A stretch of DNA of 63,964 nucleotides, the filler included, from Rhabdomonas costata (taxonomy: Eukaryota): NCBI GenBank assembly GCA_019059605.1. It is 52 parts of 52 records of this genome, joined end to end, with 100 filler letters (N's around TTAATTAATTAA, not from the genome) between each part and the next. Parts side by side here need not be neighbours in the genome. Positions count along the whole stretch, not along the records: positions 35,741 to 36,872 come from JAHMHO010026995.1; positions 36,973 to 38,105 come from JAHMHO010026996.1; positions 38,206 to 39,336 come from JAHMHO010026997.1; positions 39,437 to 40,568 come from JAHMHO010026998.1; positions 40,669 to 41,800 come from JAHMHO010026999.1; positions 41,901 to 43,032 come from JAHMHO010027000.1; positions 43,133 to 44,259 come from JAHMHO010027001.1; positions 44,360 to 45,491 come from JAHMHO010027002.1; 44 more parts are not named here. One strand, written 5' to 3'. Numbering within the stretch: position 1 is the stretch's first letter; each line of letters begins with the position of its first letter. Positions 36,425 through 50,519 of this stretch are shown here, in pieces. Below the pieces are notes generated by a model. The model was not told the origin of the DNA. It saw only the letters and a list, made by a program, of their open reading frames with translations, and searched no databases. The position numbers and the translations under genes are program-made.

Positions 36425-37357
36425 GTCTGCGATTATGCGTAGATTTTAGTGGGGTTGGCAATCCGTTTTTAGGCATGAAATTCACGTAAAGACATGAGAT
36501 AAACTAACTTACAAGGGGATTGGGCTATGACCCCGCTGAAGTCTTCTGTGTTATAAATATCGCCATGGCTTTGAATGATCAACACCGCTGGACGGTCGAA
36601 AAATTTTGAACTTAAAAATGGTCTTCCAGGGGTCGGTGGCACAGTACACCTAACCCTCTTTCGGAAAATTAAATTCATCTGGTGCCCTTTCCGCAACTGC
36701 ACCATAGCACAAACGGTGTATAACGTTTAACTCTGTTAAACATTTTTGGGTGTCCTGCGTTTACACCATTGAACAACTAAAGTCACGTTTTTGCATGACT
36801 CCCCCCCCCCGCATGGTACGTCCCCGACTCATCAGTCCGCTCAGGCACACGACGCGACATACCCACAAACCCNNNNNNNNNNNNNNNNNNNNNNNNNNNN
36901 NNNNNNNNNNNNNNNNTTAATTAATTAANNNNNNNNNNNNNNNNNNNNNNNNNNNNNNNNNNNNNNNNNNNNGTGAGAGAGAGAATAGGAACTGAGAGAC
37001 GCACAACGCTCGGAGCAGCACGGGCAACGTCCGCATGGGCGTGTTCAACGTGAAGGAGCGTAGAGCAGCTGGACACGTGAAGTCACACTGACGCAATGAC
37101 TCCATGATGCTGATGGTTTATTTTTTGGTTAAGGTGCCTTACATCTTCGCACAAGTCGAGGACCTTCATTTTTTGTTCCTGTTTATGCATCTGATGAGTC
37201 CGTCTGCATGGTGTTCCCCTTGTTTTGTTTCTGTAAAGAAAGTAGCAGCAGTAGAACAGTGGGTGTGCACGGTGCGCGGTACAGTAGTGAATCCCTGAAC
37301 CGAGTGCTTCCCTGAAAGCAACCTCAGGATTGCCCGTGCGAGCGCAGCAATACTTAC

Positions 37358-37591
37358 CCTTTCAGCAGGGGCGGTGTGGCGGCGGTCCCCAGCGTCCGTC
37401 GGAGATGCCGGTCGCCCATGCCTCGGGCCTTTGCCAGCCGGGGGGCCAAAGGAGGCCAGCACCCACTCCATGACGTTGGGCATGTCTCGGCTGAACCGGT
37501 GCAGCAGCCGCTCCGCCTTCACGGAGCGGTCACGGGAGGAGGGAAGGCCCACCCCGCCGTGGGGCGAGTTCCCACCGCTGGAGCCAAGCAT
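37358..37591 (-). CDS. Exon of unknown protein
   Basis: GC-rich 78-codon block ending at a consensus AGG|GTAAGT donor. Confidence 0.45.
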
Positions 37592-39436
37592 CTCTCCCCG
37601 TTAGGGTGTTCGAGAAGGATCCATCGCGAGTATGCAGAGAAAAGGGAAAGCTGAATCCAGAGTCATACACAGAAACTGAAACACACAAGCTCACAAAAGA
37701 TAGCAAAAGGCACGATGCTGGAAGAGAGGAAATAGACCAAAGAAAGGACAACAGTTCAATAATTTGCAAAAACACACGAAACCACAGATCGAAAGAAATG
37801 ATCCTCCGGGATGAACTACCTGTACAGCCACAACAAATGAGGATGAGGGGAGCAAGTCAACCGCATATGGTTGCAATGTTACTTCGCAAGCGATCCCCAC
37901 CCACCCAAAAAAGTCCCAGCCACGGATTAAGATATCACACCAGCTGAACACGCGTGACTAAGTGTATTTATTTTTTGATGTCACCGGTTTCCTTTTCTTG
38001 TGGGCTTTAGCGGGGTCTGACCACCCCGCGCGAAACCCAACAAGATACGACATTGCTTCCTTTTTCCTCTCTCTCCCCCTCTTGCGGCCGACATCCTGCC
38101 CAGTTNNNNNNNNNNNNNNNNNNNNNNNNNNNNNNNNNNNNNNNNNNNNTTAATTAATTAANNNNNNNNNNNNNNNNNNNNNNNNNNNNNNNNNNNNNNN
38201 NNNNNGGGGTTGTGTCGAAGGTGCACAGGTCTGTATGAGAGAGTTGCGTGTTGGGGGCAAGCGACCAGAGCGGCGGCAAGCAACAGACAACGGACAAAAC
38301 CAGGCACACAACTGAAGAGAAGGGAAAGAAACGGAGCCCCCCCTCCTCACACCGACCCATCGGCACAATTGCCAGATGCAGCACATGACAGCGACAGGTC
38401 GCCGACCAGCACCGCCCCCCCCACCTGCCTGTTTTAATACCTGAACGACAGTAGAAATGGAATGCTTGGAAGAGACTGCAGCGTCGAGGGCGCGGATTTT
38501 TTCGGGTGATTCCGTGATTGCGTTGATTTTTGATGCGAATTTTGGGTTTTGCTGCCGGCTGTTTGAGGAAAGAGAAAGGTACGCAAATATGTAAAAATTA
38601 AACCCAGCCGTGTCTTGTACAGTTTAAAGCGTTTAAAGTGTGGGGCACTCGAGTAAGCAAAAGACCCCTCGTTCTCCGCACAGAGTGAACTAAGCTACTG
38701 CCTTTACGTTTGCCCCCTCCCTCCCCGGAAGAGCTATGGCGTTTTCAGCGGACACAGCAATTTTCTCACGAGCCTCACCGCCCGTGGATCTTCATTGTGG
38801 TGCAAAGGTAGCCTGCAACAGGAGGGGCACAGCTGTGCCCCATGCAGAAGGGCAAGCACTAGACATGTGAAAACAAGAGCACGGCAGCAGCCGACAAAAA
38901 AGGCCAGAGTGGATATGCACGTGGATCTGACTGCCGAGCGCGAGGGAAGGGGAAGGGGTCCACCGGTGACAACCAAAATCGCTTCCTCTGAAGCGGCAGC
39001 TTATGCCAATGGTGGAGACAGCCCCAGTGTGGGTTTGTGAGATAGCAACCCGCTGCCTCCAGCGTGAGGGAGGGTCCGTGACAAGCCCGCGTATCGCCTC
39101 ACCGCTACAAAAGCGGCCCGAAAAAAAAAAGAAAACCAATATGTGCAGCTCGAAAGCTCTTTGATCATCCATCTTCAGATGTGCCAGACGACTTCCATCC
39201 CGTCCACACACCCTCCGGCATCGCTTTTTCGCCATTCCCTTCCGAATGGCCTCAACCTTTTGAGGATGAGTACCCGCAGTGCTCACCAAACAAGACCCTC
39301 CTCGAAACACCACTTCAGACGAAGACAACAACCACANNNNNNNNNNNNNNNNNNNNNNNNNNNNNNNNNNNNNNNNNNNNTTAATTAATTAANNNNNNNN
39401 NNNNNNNNNNNNNNNNNNNNNNNNNNNNNNNNNNNN

Positions 39437-40068
39437 CCTACCGGGAGGTTGGCACTGACCTGTGGGTCACCAATGAGATGAAGAAAAAAAGATAAGGTAC
39501 ACCGCCAGCAAGGAAGCCTTTCTGCTGCTGCATGATACACTGCTTGTTCAGAATCGGATGGGGGGTGTAATTCAGCCTGAATTTGTATGGGAGCCTGACT
39601 TCAAGCCACCCAAACAGCGGCATTAATAGAGGCTAATAACAAAAGCGCCACAGACTATTCCGGTATATACCTCAGGGCGTCCAGGAGGATACATTCAAAA
39701 CAAGGAAGGATATACCAAGGAGGGTATTGCAAAAGAGACCTTCTGGATGAGTAAAAAGTGTTAGCAAAGCGGAGATAAAACGTACCGCGCAAGTCGTGGA
39801 GACTGCCTTGGCCCACATCGTGTCCAGAGCAAAAACGCCCCTCTGCTGCACCCCATTGAGGTACGCCATTACCTGAGAACCCCCATCCCCACGGTGTCAA
39901 GCAAATGGACAGCAGCTCACCAAAAAGAGAAGAAAGGTGAGTGAGTGCAGCAGAGCGAACCTGGGGAACTCCTGAGCCTGCAGCATGCGGCCTGCCCAGC
40001 ACCACGTAGCTCGCCGTGAAGGTTAGCGCGGCAGAGAAAATCGTGTAGGAGGTGTTGGCCACAACGAC
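39437..40068 (-). CDS. CLC chloride channel/antiporter, exons 40068-39961, 39872-39786, 39459-39437 (further upstream exons possible to 40371)
   Basis: AAGSGVPQ|VMAYLNGV...AKAVSTTCA|VSANLPVG, carrying the CLC signature GSGIPE..YLNG and the lead-in to GxEGP. All introns are GT-AG and phase 0. Confidence 0.9.
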
Positions 40069-42870
40069 CTGTGGGAAAGAAAGCCCATCTGAACGCCACA
40101 CGCCAACGTCGAGGGTTGCCACAAAACGATACCCACTCCCCACTCAGCAATCCTCCACAAGGCAATGCTGATGGAAGGGGCCCACAGCGGCACTGAAAAT
40201 TGGATCGATCTGATAATCGCTGTTCAAAAAAGTCTCCCCTCTCCCTGGCTCGCTCCAAAAACATGTCACTTCCGGGAAGCAGAAAAAAAAGGGAAAATGC
40301 ACTGTTGCCGTATTCTTCATGCCAGCTGTGAACCAAAGAACTGGAGAAGCCAACGAGCATTGCGCAGCAACCTCTGCATACGCCTCAGCATCGACTTTTC
40401 GTGTAAACCCAGATCTCATTCATTTTTTCTGAGAAGCCGCGGGTCACAAAATATTGCTGCCAATATATTGCCAAACGAGGGACCTTTGCACAACGTCGGC
40501 TAGCGTCACGCGTTAAAGCCCCAAAGAGAGAACAAGAACACTCACAAAGCACATACACACCCCCAACANNNNNNNNNNNNNNNNNNNNNNNNNNNNNNNN
40601 NNNNNNNNNNNNTTAATTAATTAANNNNNNNNNNNNNNNNNNNNNNNNNNNNNNNNNNNNNNNNNNNNGGGGTTGGGTGGACCGGGACGGAGGGCCAGCC
40701 GAGGGGCGGCTTTGCCCCAGGGGAGGGCAGCGAAGGGCGAGGAGAAGCCCCGCTTTGGGAAATTGGGGTGGGTCGGTATTCACGGCCGATAGGGAAAGCA
40801 GGGCCACCCTGCACTGAAGGGTCCACCACTACGGCGGTCTGTGCGAGTGAGGGGCCCATCGCTCGGGAGGCCGATTCTCCGCATCCCCGCTCGGGGCAAT
40901 TCTGTGGCAGTGCGTTCCTGAAGAAGGAGTCAGAATACCAGACATTTCGCCCAGACAATCCTGAATGGATTCGCGATCTGTCTGTTCGTCTCTTTCCGCC
41001 ACCCAAACCCGGCTGTGTCATCTGGACTGCACTATGCGTGCACAGCGTGACTTCGGAATGCACCGCGGTCCAACCCGCAAAGAGCACGCATTTCCACAGG
41101 ATGTGGTGCTGCCGGCATTTCGGCTGCCGACCAAGGGTACCTGGGTACCTGCAACGACCTCGACAAAGTCGAAAACTGGACGCAGTATATCGGAAAGGTT
41201 GGGGAACGCGTTAACCCGCCTAGAATGTGTTGCCCAAGAGCCCTCTTGATCTTCACGGGAGATGATTTTGAATGGACTGCAACAATAGTGACAGTGGCGA
41301 AGAGCAGGCTGCCGAGCAAGACGCGCTGGGGATAGCAACACACCGCATCGGCGTTGGAGAAGGGGCGGTGGGGGAACTGTGCCGTGCCGGCGCCAGAACG
41401 GCCGTCATTCCTATTAAGAAAGCACAAAGCAAAATGGAAGCCGAAGCAGAAGAGGCCCGAAGTGTGTCAACAACCAAAGAGAAAGATTGTACACGGGCGC
41501 ACGGCTGCGGGCACACACCAAAGGCTCTCCATAGAGTCAGACGAGAAGGCAACTCGGTTGGGGGAAACTTTTCTTTTCTTCTCACGCTCTCTCTTCTCCT
41601 TGGGGGTTTCTTTTCGCCTTTTAATAACAAACAAATAACTGTTCCTATATCAAACAAAAACATAACTCCGCACGGCTTTCCTGTTCACACATCACACAGT
41701 GCTCTTTGGAGACATCAAAATCAAAAGGCAACCACCCTCCCAGGCACCTCGTACTGGATAATTGAAATTAAGCCGAGAGACTCACTGCCCACACCCCCAC
41801 NNNNNNNNNNNNNNNNNNNNNNNNNNNNNNNNNNNNNNNNNNNNTTAATTAATTAANNNNNNNNNNNNNNNNNNNNNNNNNNNNNNNNNNNNNNNNNNNN
41901 TGTTTTTTGGACAGACACATATTCTTTTATCTCTTTGACACTCGATTTCATCGTGTGGGCTGCTCTCCTCGGATTATTATTTTTTTCTCTCCCTTTTGTC
42001 AACCTTTTTTCTCTCTTTCTCTGTGTTTATTGGTGCTCTTGCGTGTCACTGTGTCCAATTGTCCGCACTGCTACATGCCATTTACATCGCCCTCACCTCT
42101 CGTGAGAATATGTCTGCAGAGGGTCCGCGAGCACACGCACTCCCGACAATCCCTTCACTTCCTACCGCGGACGAAAGGCAACGCAACCTGAGCAATGCGA
42201 AATTAAAGCTCGTTGGATCGTGCAAACGATCCGCACTCGGTGATGATGCGTACGCTGCACTAATGTCAATGGCACAGGAAATAGCCAGGACAAAAGCAGC
42301 GAGCAAAAAACCAGTGCGATCTCGCGACGGATTGTGAAGGGAAGGATGACCAACAACTCCGCAAGCCTGCAACAACCCCAGAAACCCTGGCATCAACGCT
42401 TGTTGGCATGAGTCTTCAATTGGATATGAAACCATTGCCAAAGCAGGACGCATATCCTGCACAGAATTTTTCCGCTGCGGACCCTGCGGACGTCGCGTTT
42501 TCAAGCGTTCTTGTCGCAGAGCCTCAGGAATTTCCCCTTCCTGGCTGTTTAACCCAACTCGAAATACTGGAAGCCCGTATCCCGAAGCCGGCCACCAACC
42601 AAAATGGTCAAAAATGTGGGTTCTCGTTCAATGTTTTCCTTTCATCAACCTGGTGTAAATAATTTGCAAAGTTTTTCTCGCATGTGTTTCCTCCCCCCTT
42701 TGCTGAGTATATACCGCTCAAAGCTGAACCCTGAACTCGCTACTCACCCCCGGGAAGTCAAGAATAATTCCGTTTCGTCCTCCAGTTCGCTGACCGATTT
42801 GCGCGTGACATCCGCATTTGCGGCCGAACAACGGACCCACCCTACCCAGCCTACCCAGGAAGCACACTTG

Positions 42871-42960
42871 GCCAACTGCGAGGTCTCCACAACGCTCTGG
42901 TACTGCTCCATCGGGATCAGCACAAACTGGGTGAGATCCTTCAGGGCCTGCGGCTCCAGC
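42871..42960 (-). CDS. Short exon of unknown protein
   Basis: TTTCAG|LEPQALKDLTQFVLIPMEQYQSVVETSQLA|GTGTG, with high GC3. Confidence 0.4.
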
Positions 42961-44598
42961 CTGAAAGTCCCCCCCCCACACACACACTTTGTCCTTGCCC
43001 ACATTAACTCTGAAGTCTTCATCGGAAACACANNNNNNNNNNNNNNNNNNNNNNNNNNNNNNNNNNNNNNNNNNNNTTAATTAATTAANNNNNNNNNNNN
43101 NNNNNNNNNNNNNNNNNNNNNNNNNNNNNNNNTATATAAACCGGTACCGCGTGACTCAACCAAACCTCTGCCCGGGATTCCTGCAGCGTTTCGGCCGCAC
43201 TTTGCGTGCACACAAGCATTCACACATTCGGACACTGCACTATGAAGGTGTCAGGCATCGGCGCGGCGTGGGAGTCTGCTGCTAGCTCAGCGTCCCCGAC
43301 CGGGCCCCTCCGTGTGACCGCGTGTGTATCTGTGCCCACACTTCCTTCACCACACCTCCAACCGCAGCGCCATCGCTGCCCGACGCACCCCAAGGACCCA
43401 ACGCCAACCTGATCAAGATCCTCGAGAAGACCCTTTGCGGTAACCACCCCACATACGCTTTGTGCATGGCAGGCGTGACCACTATCCACAGAAGGTCATT
43501 ATTATTGAGCCATTTATTACACTTTGGACAATGCTGGCGACTGCTTTTCAGCAATGAAACAAGCCGGAGCCCCTGATTAAACAGGTTTAGTTGTACCTGA
43601 AATTTGGACAGGTCATTTCAAACGGATCAACATTACTTCAGAAACCTCGCCTAACCCAACGGCATCTCAATTCCTGTGCCCAGCATTTGTTGTTGTTACC
43701 TTGGAATTCTCTGTGTACCCCCCCCCCCATTCCGCAGTGTATTTATTTTTTGTGCTTTTTTATTGCTGAAAAAGAAGGCCTTTCCTGCTACTATCAAATT
43801 TATGCCCAGCAAATGTTATGTTTTGCACGTACGCACACATACATACAAGCACACACTTACACTCGCTCGCTCGTTCACTCGCACACCAGGCGGGGGAGGG
43901 CTGGTGATGAACGTTCACCCAGCCTCGCATTCCCGAAAGGTGCGCGCTTCCGGAGAGGGACGCCACAATGAAGTGCGACCCGCGCCGCTGAGTGGCCGCC
44001 TGAGAATCACACCAAAACACAAACAAAACGCCACGACCCCCTACATGAACCATATAACACATAAACACACACACACACACGAACACGCGAAATCACGCGA
44101 CACAGCAGGTTCAAAAACCCACATGCTTACTGAACTGCCCTCAACATTCTGCAACAGTGCGCACCTCAGTCCAGTTTTGGTATGCAAGCAACCGGAAGAT
44201 AAGGAAAGAAAACCTGAAATCAGAGTACGACATTCCTGTTAACATCGCGCACCAAAAGANNNNNNNNNNNNNNNNNNNNNNNNNNNNNNNNNNNNNNNNN
44301 NNNTTAATTAATTAANNNNNNNNNNNNNNNNNNNNNNNNNNNNNNNNNNNNNNNNNNNNTGTGGGTTATTCGTTGGGGTCTGTTGCCCTCCACGCGTTCG
44401 GCCGCTTCCTGCTCGTCCAGAACCTAAAAGGAAACGCAAAGCATAACACACGGAGCCGAAGCCGAAGCGCCTTTTCCTTTCTGAACAAACCCCAAAACAT
44501 CGAAGAGCCAGGAGCCAGTTTGATTTTTGCCGCGTAGATGACCACGGAGTCAAACTAGCTGAAGGGAAAGAAACGAAACAAAACAGCAAGAAGATTAC

Positions 44599-44701
44599 CT
44601 GGACTTCGTCTTCGCCGTCAGCCTCATGATCTTCCTCTAACTCTTCCTCCGCGTCACCGTCTTCGTCAGCTTCATCAAAGTCGTCGTCTTCAGCGCCAAA
44701 C
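44599..44701 (-). CDS. Acidic low-complexity exon
   Basis: TTTAG|FGAEDDDFDEADEDGDAEEELEEDHEADGEDEVQ|GTAATC. Confidence 0.6.
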
Positions 44702-45591
44702 CTAAATTTCACACAAATAGACGTCATTCCCCCTGCGTGCCACTGCCCCGCAAGTCCTTTCGGGGACCACACACTGTGTCACTGTGCTGTAGGGAGACAG
44801 GGATTTACAGGAGTCACAACACTGTTCGCAACTCTGTGACAGAGTCTCTCTTGGACTCTGGTTCGGGTGAGGCAAGAAGGCCTCATCCTTTCTATTGCGG
44901 TGGTTGCGGTGAAGCAAGAAGGCCTCATCCCCTGAGTGAGCAGCAGCAGGCTGTCCGAGCTGCTCCGCCCGGCAGCTTCCTGGTTCTTTCGCTGCATTTT
45001 TTTGTTACTAAACACCACATTTGAAAGAAAAAAGCAGAGCAAGCTGAAGTCATACCAACTCATTTTAGCAGCTTCTGTGGGATTCCGTTTCTTTGGTGAC
45101 CCCCCCCCAACCCTGGACGTCAAAGAAACAGGCCAGAATGTATTTGATTAAAATGTAAAACGAAAATTAAAAAAGCGATATACAACACACCCGTCTTCTT
45201 CCATTGATTTGATTTAAAAACAACGGCTGTTGTGCTTGCGAAGGAGCGGGTGTCCTACCTTCTTGCGAGACTTGTGTTTTGGCCATTTTCCTCACCGCTT
45301 TTTGTGCTCAAATTTTCAAGTTGGGGGGGGGTGTTTGAGCATGTTTATGATTATTTATGATTACATGGAATTCGGGGACATTCAGGATACCATGAAATTT
45401 TAATGTGGGGATTGATCAGCCTGCATAATTTGCAACCCCCCCCCCATACACACACACACTATACAGGATGGATAAGGCCCTGTTATACACANNNNNNNNN
45501 NNNNNNNNNNNNNNNNNNNNNNNNNNNNNNNNNNNTTAATTAATTAANNNNNNNNNNNNNNNNNNNNNNNNNNNNNNNNNNNNNNNNNNNN

Positions 45592-46235
45592 CAGATAAGC
45601 TCAGGAGTGCATTGGAGATTGCGGACAAGTTGGCTCAGCTCCAGATTGAGGAGAGGGAAAGAATGGGCTTTGCCCCCGAAGTGCCTCGGTTGCACGGAAG
45701 ACACCTGCTCCTATTGAACGCCTGCCTGCAGGTGGGCAACGAGCAGGGGGTAGAGTTTATTCTTCACCAGCATCTTGCTTCTCCTTTTGACGACATCTCT
45801 GCGGACCAGCGACTTCTTGTCACTCTTTTAGAGCATTACTTGCTCAACTCAGAACTTGAAAAAGCTTACTCGGTGGCGTTGCAAGCCGAACAAGCCTATG
45901 GGGAAGATGTCAGCAGGGATTGCTTGTGCGTCCTCATCGAGGTTTTCGCCAGGTGTGGCCAGCTAAAGAAAATGGAAATCACATGGCACCACCTGTTGGC
46001 AAAGCGTTGGGACCCATCGTTGCACGCACTGAAAGTCATTGCTGAAACATACGCCAAAGCTGGCCTTCCAAGAAAGCTGGAAAGCCTTTTTGGTGCGATG
46101 GATGATTTTCAGATCAAGGCTGATGTGGAATTGCTGGTGAAGTGTCACGGGTGGTTCCGGAACTTCGGAAGCGCTTCAATTGCTGGCCGCATAGCGCAGG
46201 AGCTGAGAGCGCGGGGTGTGGTGGTCCCCCCGTAG
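45592..46235 (+). CDS. Pentatricopeptide-repeat (PPR)-like protein C-terminus, intronless over more than 640 bp
   Basis: About 35-aa helical repeats: LIEVFARCGQLKKM...LLAKRWDPS and IAETYAKAGLPRKLESLFGAM...IKAD. Ends in TAG at 46235. Confidence 0.75.
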
Positions 46236-47097
46236 CCTGCTTGGAAGTCTTAGCTTCTGCCATCCCGTGTCTGTTGTGTGTCGTCCACTGACTGGTGAAG
46301 CTGAAATTTGTAATTTTGTGGTTTTTTGCGTCGTGAGTAATGAACAAAGGAAAAGCATCAGACATCAGTAAAACTGCGTCGGCAATAATGCTGATTGGCC
46401 GAAAAATTCGGCTTCTTCCATTTGGAGAGGGTTGTGGAAGCTTAATTCGAGAATGCGTGTCCCCCGAAGCAAATAACTGAAAAAAGTTGTTTTGAACTTG
46501 TTTGATTCCGACACCCATGTTTCCTCTTTTCTATTAAGTTAATTGCACAAAAAAGCAAAAGGGAAGGGAGATTTATGCTGTGGTTTTCCACGTCTGTTAA
46601 CTTTGAGTGAGGAAGAGACCTGGTAAAGTCCACACTAGTCCATATGCTTTCCCTCACGACCTCACCAGCACTGGTGTTATGAGACTAAGCCTTATAAGGC
46701 TCTTGGAATAGCAACCACACCACNNNNNNNNNNNNNNNNNNNNNNNNNNNNNNNNNNNNNNNNNNNNTTAATTAATTAANNNNNNNNNNNNNNNNNNNNN
46801 NNNNNNNNNNNNNNNNNNNNNNNGCTGAGCTGGGTGACCTCGGTGCCGTAAAACGCCGCGGCGCAGGGCTGCGCAGCAAGCAGCTGGCTCCGTGCAGCAA
46901 GTGGAAGAGGGAGAGCGGCAATGCGTCGAGCGGCATCAAGGGCATGACGAGCATGATCTGGGTGGAGTCAGAGCTGAATGCCATCCCCGCGTCCAGATCT
47001 ACCCTGCACCTTTCTGTGTGGCTGTGTGGTGGGGCTGGTTCTTCCCCAGCAGCTTGCTAGCAACCAGCCGCACATCTTCAGAAGCTGCAGCCGCTAG

Positions 47098-47720
47098 CAA
47101 GCGCACCAGCGCACGTGGCAGGCCGTCCTCCGACACCACTCCTTTGATGTTGTACACCGGTGAGCCACCAATTTCTTTTCTTTTCTTTTCTTTCCTTTCC
47201 TTTTTTTTTTTTTTCTTTTCTTTTCTTTCCTTTTTTTTTGGGGGGGGGGTACTCTGCATTGCCCCCTGCAGGCTGTGCCTCCAACCACAAAGCAGTTCAA
47301 TTTACTTACTAATCTAATTAGAGTGATTAGTAAACTAACATTTGGACAAAACCGTGGACATACGTTCCGCTTATAGTGGCGATGGTCTTGGGCATGAGGC
47401 CAGTGTTGCCTTCACTCTTACGCCAAAGCAAGACCAGCGTGGTGGACCGTGATTTAGATTCAAGCCCATTTCGGTGTGTGACAGTGTCCGTACCAGTGTT
47501 TACCGCTGTGTATGTGTGTGTGATATCTTTGCTACTGCCCTACAGGTGCCTCACGTGCAACGCTGTACGGGCTGTGGTGTACTCCTGCGGGGTATGCAAT
47601 CACAGCTGGTGCGCGGAGGACTACGATACCACGGAATACGCCCTGGCCCACCTCCTGGCCACACACTCCGTGTGGAGAGGAAGGATTACCGTCAGCAGCA
47701 ATGGCAGCGAGGGCTGGGAG
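47098..47720 (+). CDS. ZZ-type-like zinc finger protein, exons 47098-47159 and 47546-47720
   Basis: HR|CLTCNAVRAVVYSCGVCNHSWCAEDY...AHLLATH (CxxC-CxxC-CxxD-H-H), joined by a GTGAG...TACAG intron. Confidence 0.6.
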
Positions 47721-48055
47721 GTATGCACCCTCCACACCTTTCCGATAACTTCCAAAAAACACTGCGGCGTCACAGGCAAATGAGATTGAGCGAGTTTTGC
47801 AGCGGCCTCCTCTCCTTTTACCACTGTCTGGGAGGGAAGGAGGGATGAAGCGGAGAGGATTTTAAGGTTTTTCTCAAGCTTGGCACCCGGTTTTCGCCTG
47901 CTTCGAGCTTGTAATGCGTGTGCTCGTGTATGTGTGCGTGTGCTGCCCCCACACCNNNNNNNNNNNNNNNNNNNNNNNNNNNNNNNNNNNNNNNNNNNNT
48001 TAATTAATTAANNNNNNNNNNNNNNNNNNNNNNNNNNNNNNNNNNNNNNNNNNNN

Positions 48056-48763
48056 GGGTGGTTGGAGTCCAGCGCGGCGGCGGTGGCAGGGAAGCTGGGG
48101 CCCAGGTCCAGCCCAAGGTTGTCGTCCAGGCTCCATGACTGCACAAGGGAAGGGAAGGGAATGAACGACACTTTGTTTACACCTTTTGTTGGGATCCAAG
48201 TTGAAGGACACGCCGCCTGTCTTCCTTCTCACTCCCAGCACTGCACTCTGCCCGGCGGCGCTTCCGTTCTCGTGGTATTGTAAGCAGGGGCACGGGCTTC
48301 CTCCTGCCTCCTCCTGCCAACTTAAGCGTCATCACAGCACTTTCTCGTTGGTTTCGTTTCGTATAGCCCTTGAGTCCTCCCCTCTCTTGCCTTCTCTTCT
48401 GCCCTTGGGGAAAAAAAAGGAACGGAGCAAAAGGAACGACTCATTGCCGGAAACTGACTCCATTCGACTCAGGGTGAGAATTGTCTGAATTCACAACTTG
48501 CGAAAGTGACGCCAGAGAATGCTGAAGGGCACGGCACGACTCGAATAAGGGGGAAGAGTGGGAGCTTCGGAGGGCGGGGGTGGAGGCATCACCTGGTGGG
48601 TGTGGAAGGAGTTTGCCGGATCAAATGGTGGTGTGGAGAGCAAGTCGACCTCGGGATAGGCGCAGATCAAGTGGGACAGTATCAATGCGGCATGATAAAC
48701 GACAGCCTCGTCACGCTCCGTCCAAAGGTCCGGCAGCGGGGCTGTTGCTGAAACTGTGAGGTA
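48056..48763 (-). CDS. Unknown protein, two exons (48763-48593, 48138-48056)
   Basis: In-phase GT-AG splice: ...EAVVYHAALILSHLICAYPEVDLL...HQ|SWSLDDNLGLDLGP. Confidence 0.5.
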
Positions 48764-49670
48764 CTGAGAACCCCAAAACAGGAGGTCAGGCATGAACAAA
48801 TGAACAAACTGCAACAATTTGCACACAATTCATATTTCGTAAACGGACGCATTGAGACACTGATGTTGCAAAACCTCTACACAGTTTTCTCTCCTAATTT
48901 TGAATGCCTAATATTACAGTTCCAACCATGTCCTTTCCCCGCCCCTGATCAAGCGAATTATTCATCCATCATCTATTTTAAGAAGCCCTCCAGAGAAGTG
49001 TCCAAGCTGGAAAATACCCACCCTCTGCTCTGGTGAATGCCACAAAAAGGAAAGACGAACTCAATAGTCCGGAGCCGAGTTCCATCAACGCAATTAACCT
49101 GCAGCATAAAATATGCAAAGTCATCCAGCCACTAAACCAAGATATTGAGGAGTATCTCATTCGCGGTCCCCTTTCCCCCCACCCACCNNNNNNNNNNNNN
49201 NNNNNNNNNNNNNNNNNNNNNNNNNNNNNNNTTAATTAATTAANNNNNNNNNNNNNNNNNNNNNNNNNNNNNNNNNNNNNNNNNNNNGTGGGGATTCAGA
49301 ACTAAATCGCGGACATAACTGACAGAACCTGGGGAGGGGTGTTGTGGATTGGTGGAAAGGTGGGGGGTCACTCCATTCGATTTCATACTGCTCCAGAGCA
49401 GAAACGGAGAGGAGTGCAAGATGCCCATGCTTCCCTCCCTCGTCTGTTTCGTCAGAAAAGCGTCGAGCGAAGGACCGAATCTCTCAGGGAATGGAAATTT
49501 TGAATTTTGCCTTTGTCCTCAGGTTTTCGCTCCTCCGCCCCATCCTTCTCTTTTTCGGTCTGCGTTATCGACAACTTTGCTTCCGCGGGTTTCGCCTGCG
49601 GGGGGCGTGAGTGCGTGTGTGTGAGGTCATAGAGGAAATAAAATTCGAAAAAGTAGCTGCTGGCAAGGAA

Positions 49671-49859
49671 ATGGCCGCAGACCTTGATGGCGTGATGGCC
49701 GACCTGCTGACCCACTTTGGGCGTGGCAACTTTGGGGGCGAGGCGGACGCTGCATCGCCCCCTTTGTCGGCTCGGAAGCACACCTCGCACCAATCGCGCA
49801 GCGGCACGTGCTCCCCGCCGGAACTCTCTCCCTCCCCTAGCACATTGATCTATGCGGAG
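49671..49859 (+). CDS. Probable first coding exon of unknown protein
   Basis: ATG...63 codons...GAG|GTATGC, reading MAADLDGVMADLLTHFG. Confidence 0.45.
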
Positions 49860-50519
49860 GTATGCCTTCGTTCTTCCATGCTTCCTGAGCTTTCCCTGCG
49901 CCCCTGCTTTGGCTCTGAGATTAAAGCGAAGTACTTTAAGAGTTTGCTTTTGGCTTTCTTTCCTTGGGGACATACCATTTCCACCACCTCTCAATTCATG
50001 GCTTTATTTATGTATAAAACCAAAGTGACGAAAGAGCCTCACAAGCACCGGAACAAACTGCTCTCATGATGTTGAGAGCGGTCACACTTACTGCCCCCGT
50101 CCCCAACAAGAGGAAGCTTTCACACACTGTAACACCGCTGGGCTTGGGAGTCTGTGAAATATGTTCACTCCACCCCCTCCGCCTCCCGTTTCCAAAGCGG
50201 TTCGTCGGAAGTCCTCCGGAGTACGGCGCTCTCCGTCGGGCGTATTAGGTGAGGTTTAGGAGAGCGGGAAGAGCACGAACAGAAATGTTCATTAAAAACA
50301 CTGCCTAGGAGACTGAACTGTTGGCTGGATGGCTGGCTGACTGAGAGAGTGAACGTACAGGAAATTCCAGTCTACTGGATCATAGCTAAATCAACCACAC
50401 CCCAACCACACCCACCACANNNNNNNNNNNNNNNNNNNNNNNNNNNNNNNNNNNNNNNNNNNNTTAATTAATTAANNNNNNNNNNNNNNNNNNNNNNNNN
50501 NNNNNNNNNNNNNNNNNNN

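Noticed and set aside
37350-37359. ATACTTACCC resembling the U1 snRNA 5' end
   Set aside because: It is the reverse complement of a consensus splice donor (AGG|GTAAGTAT) of a minus-strand exon. No U1 stem-loops or Sm site were recognised after it.
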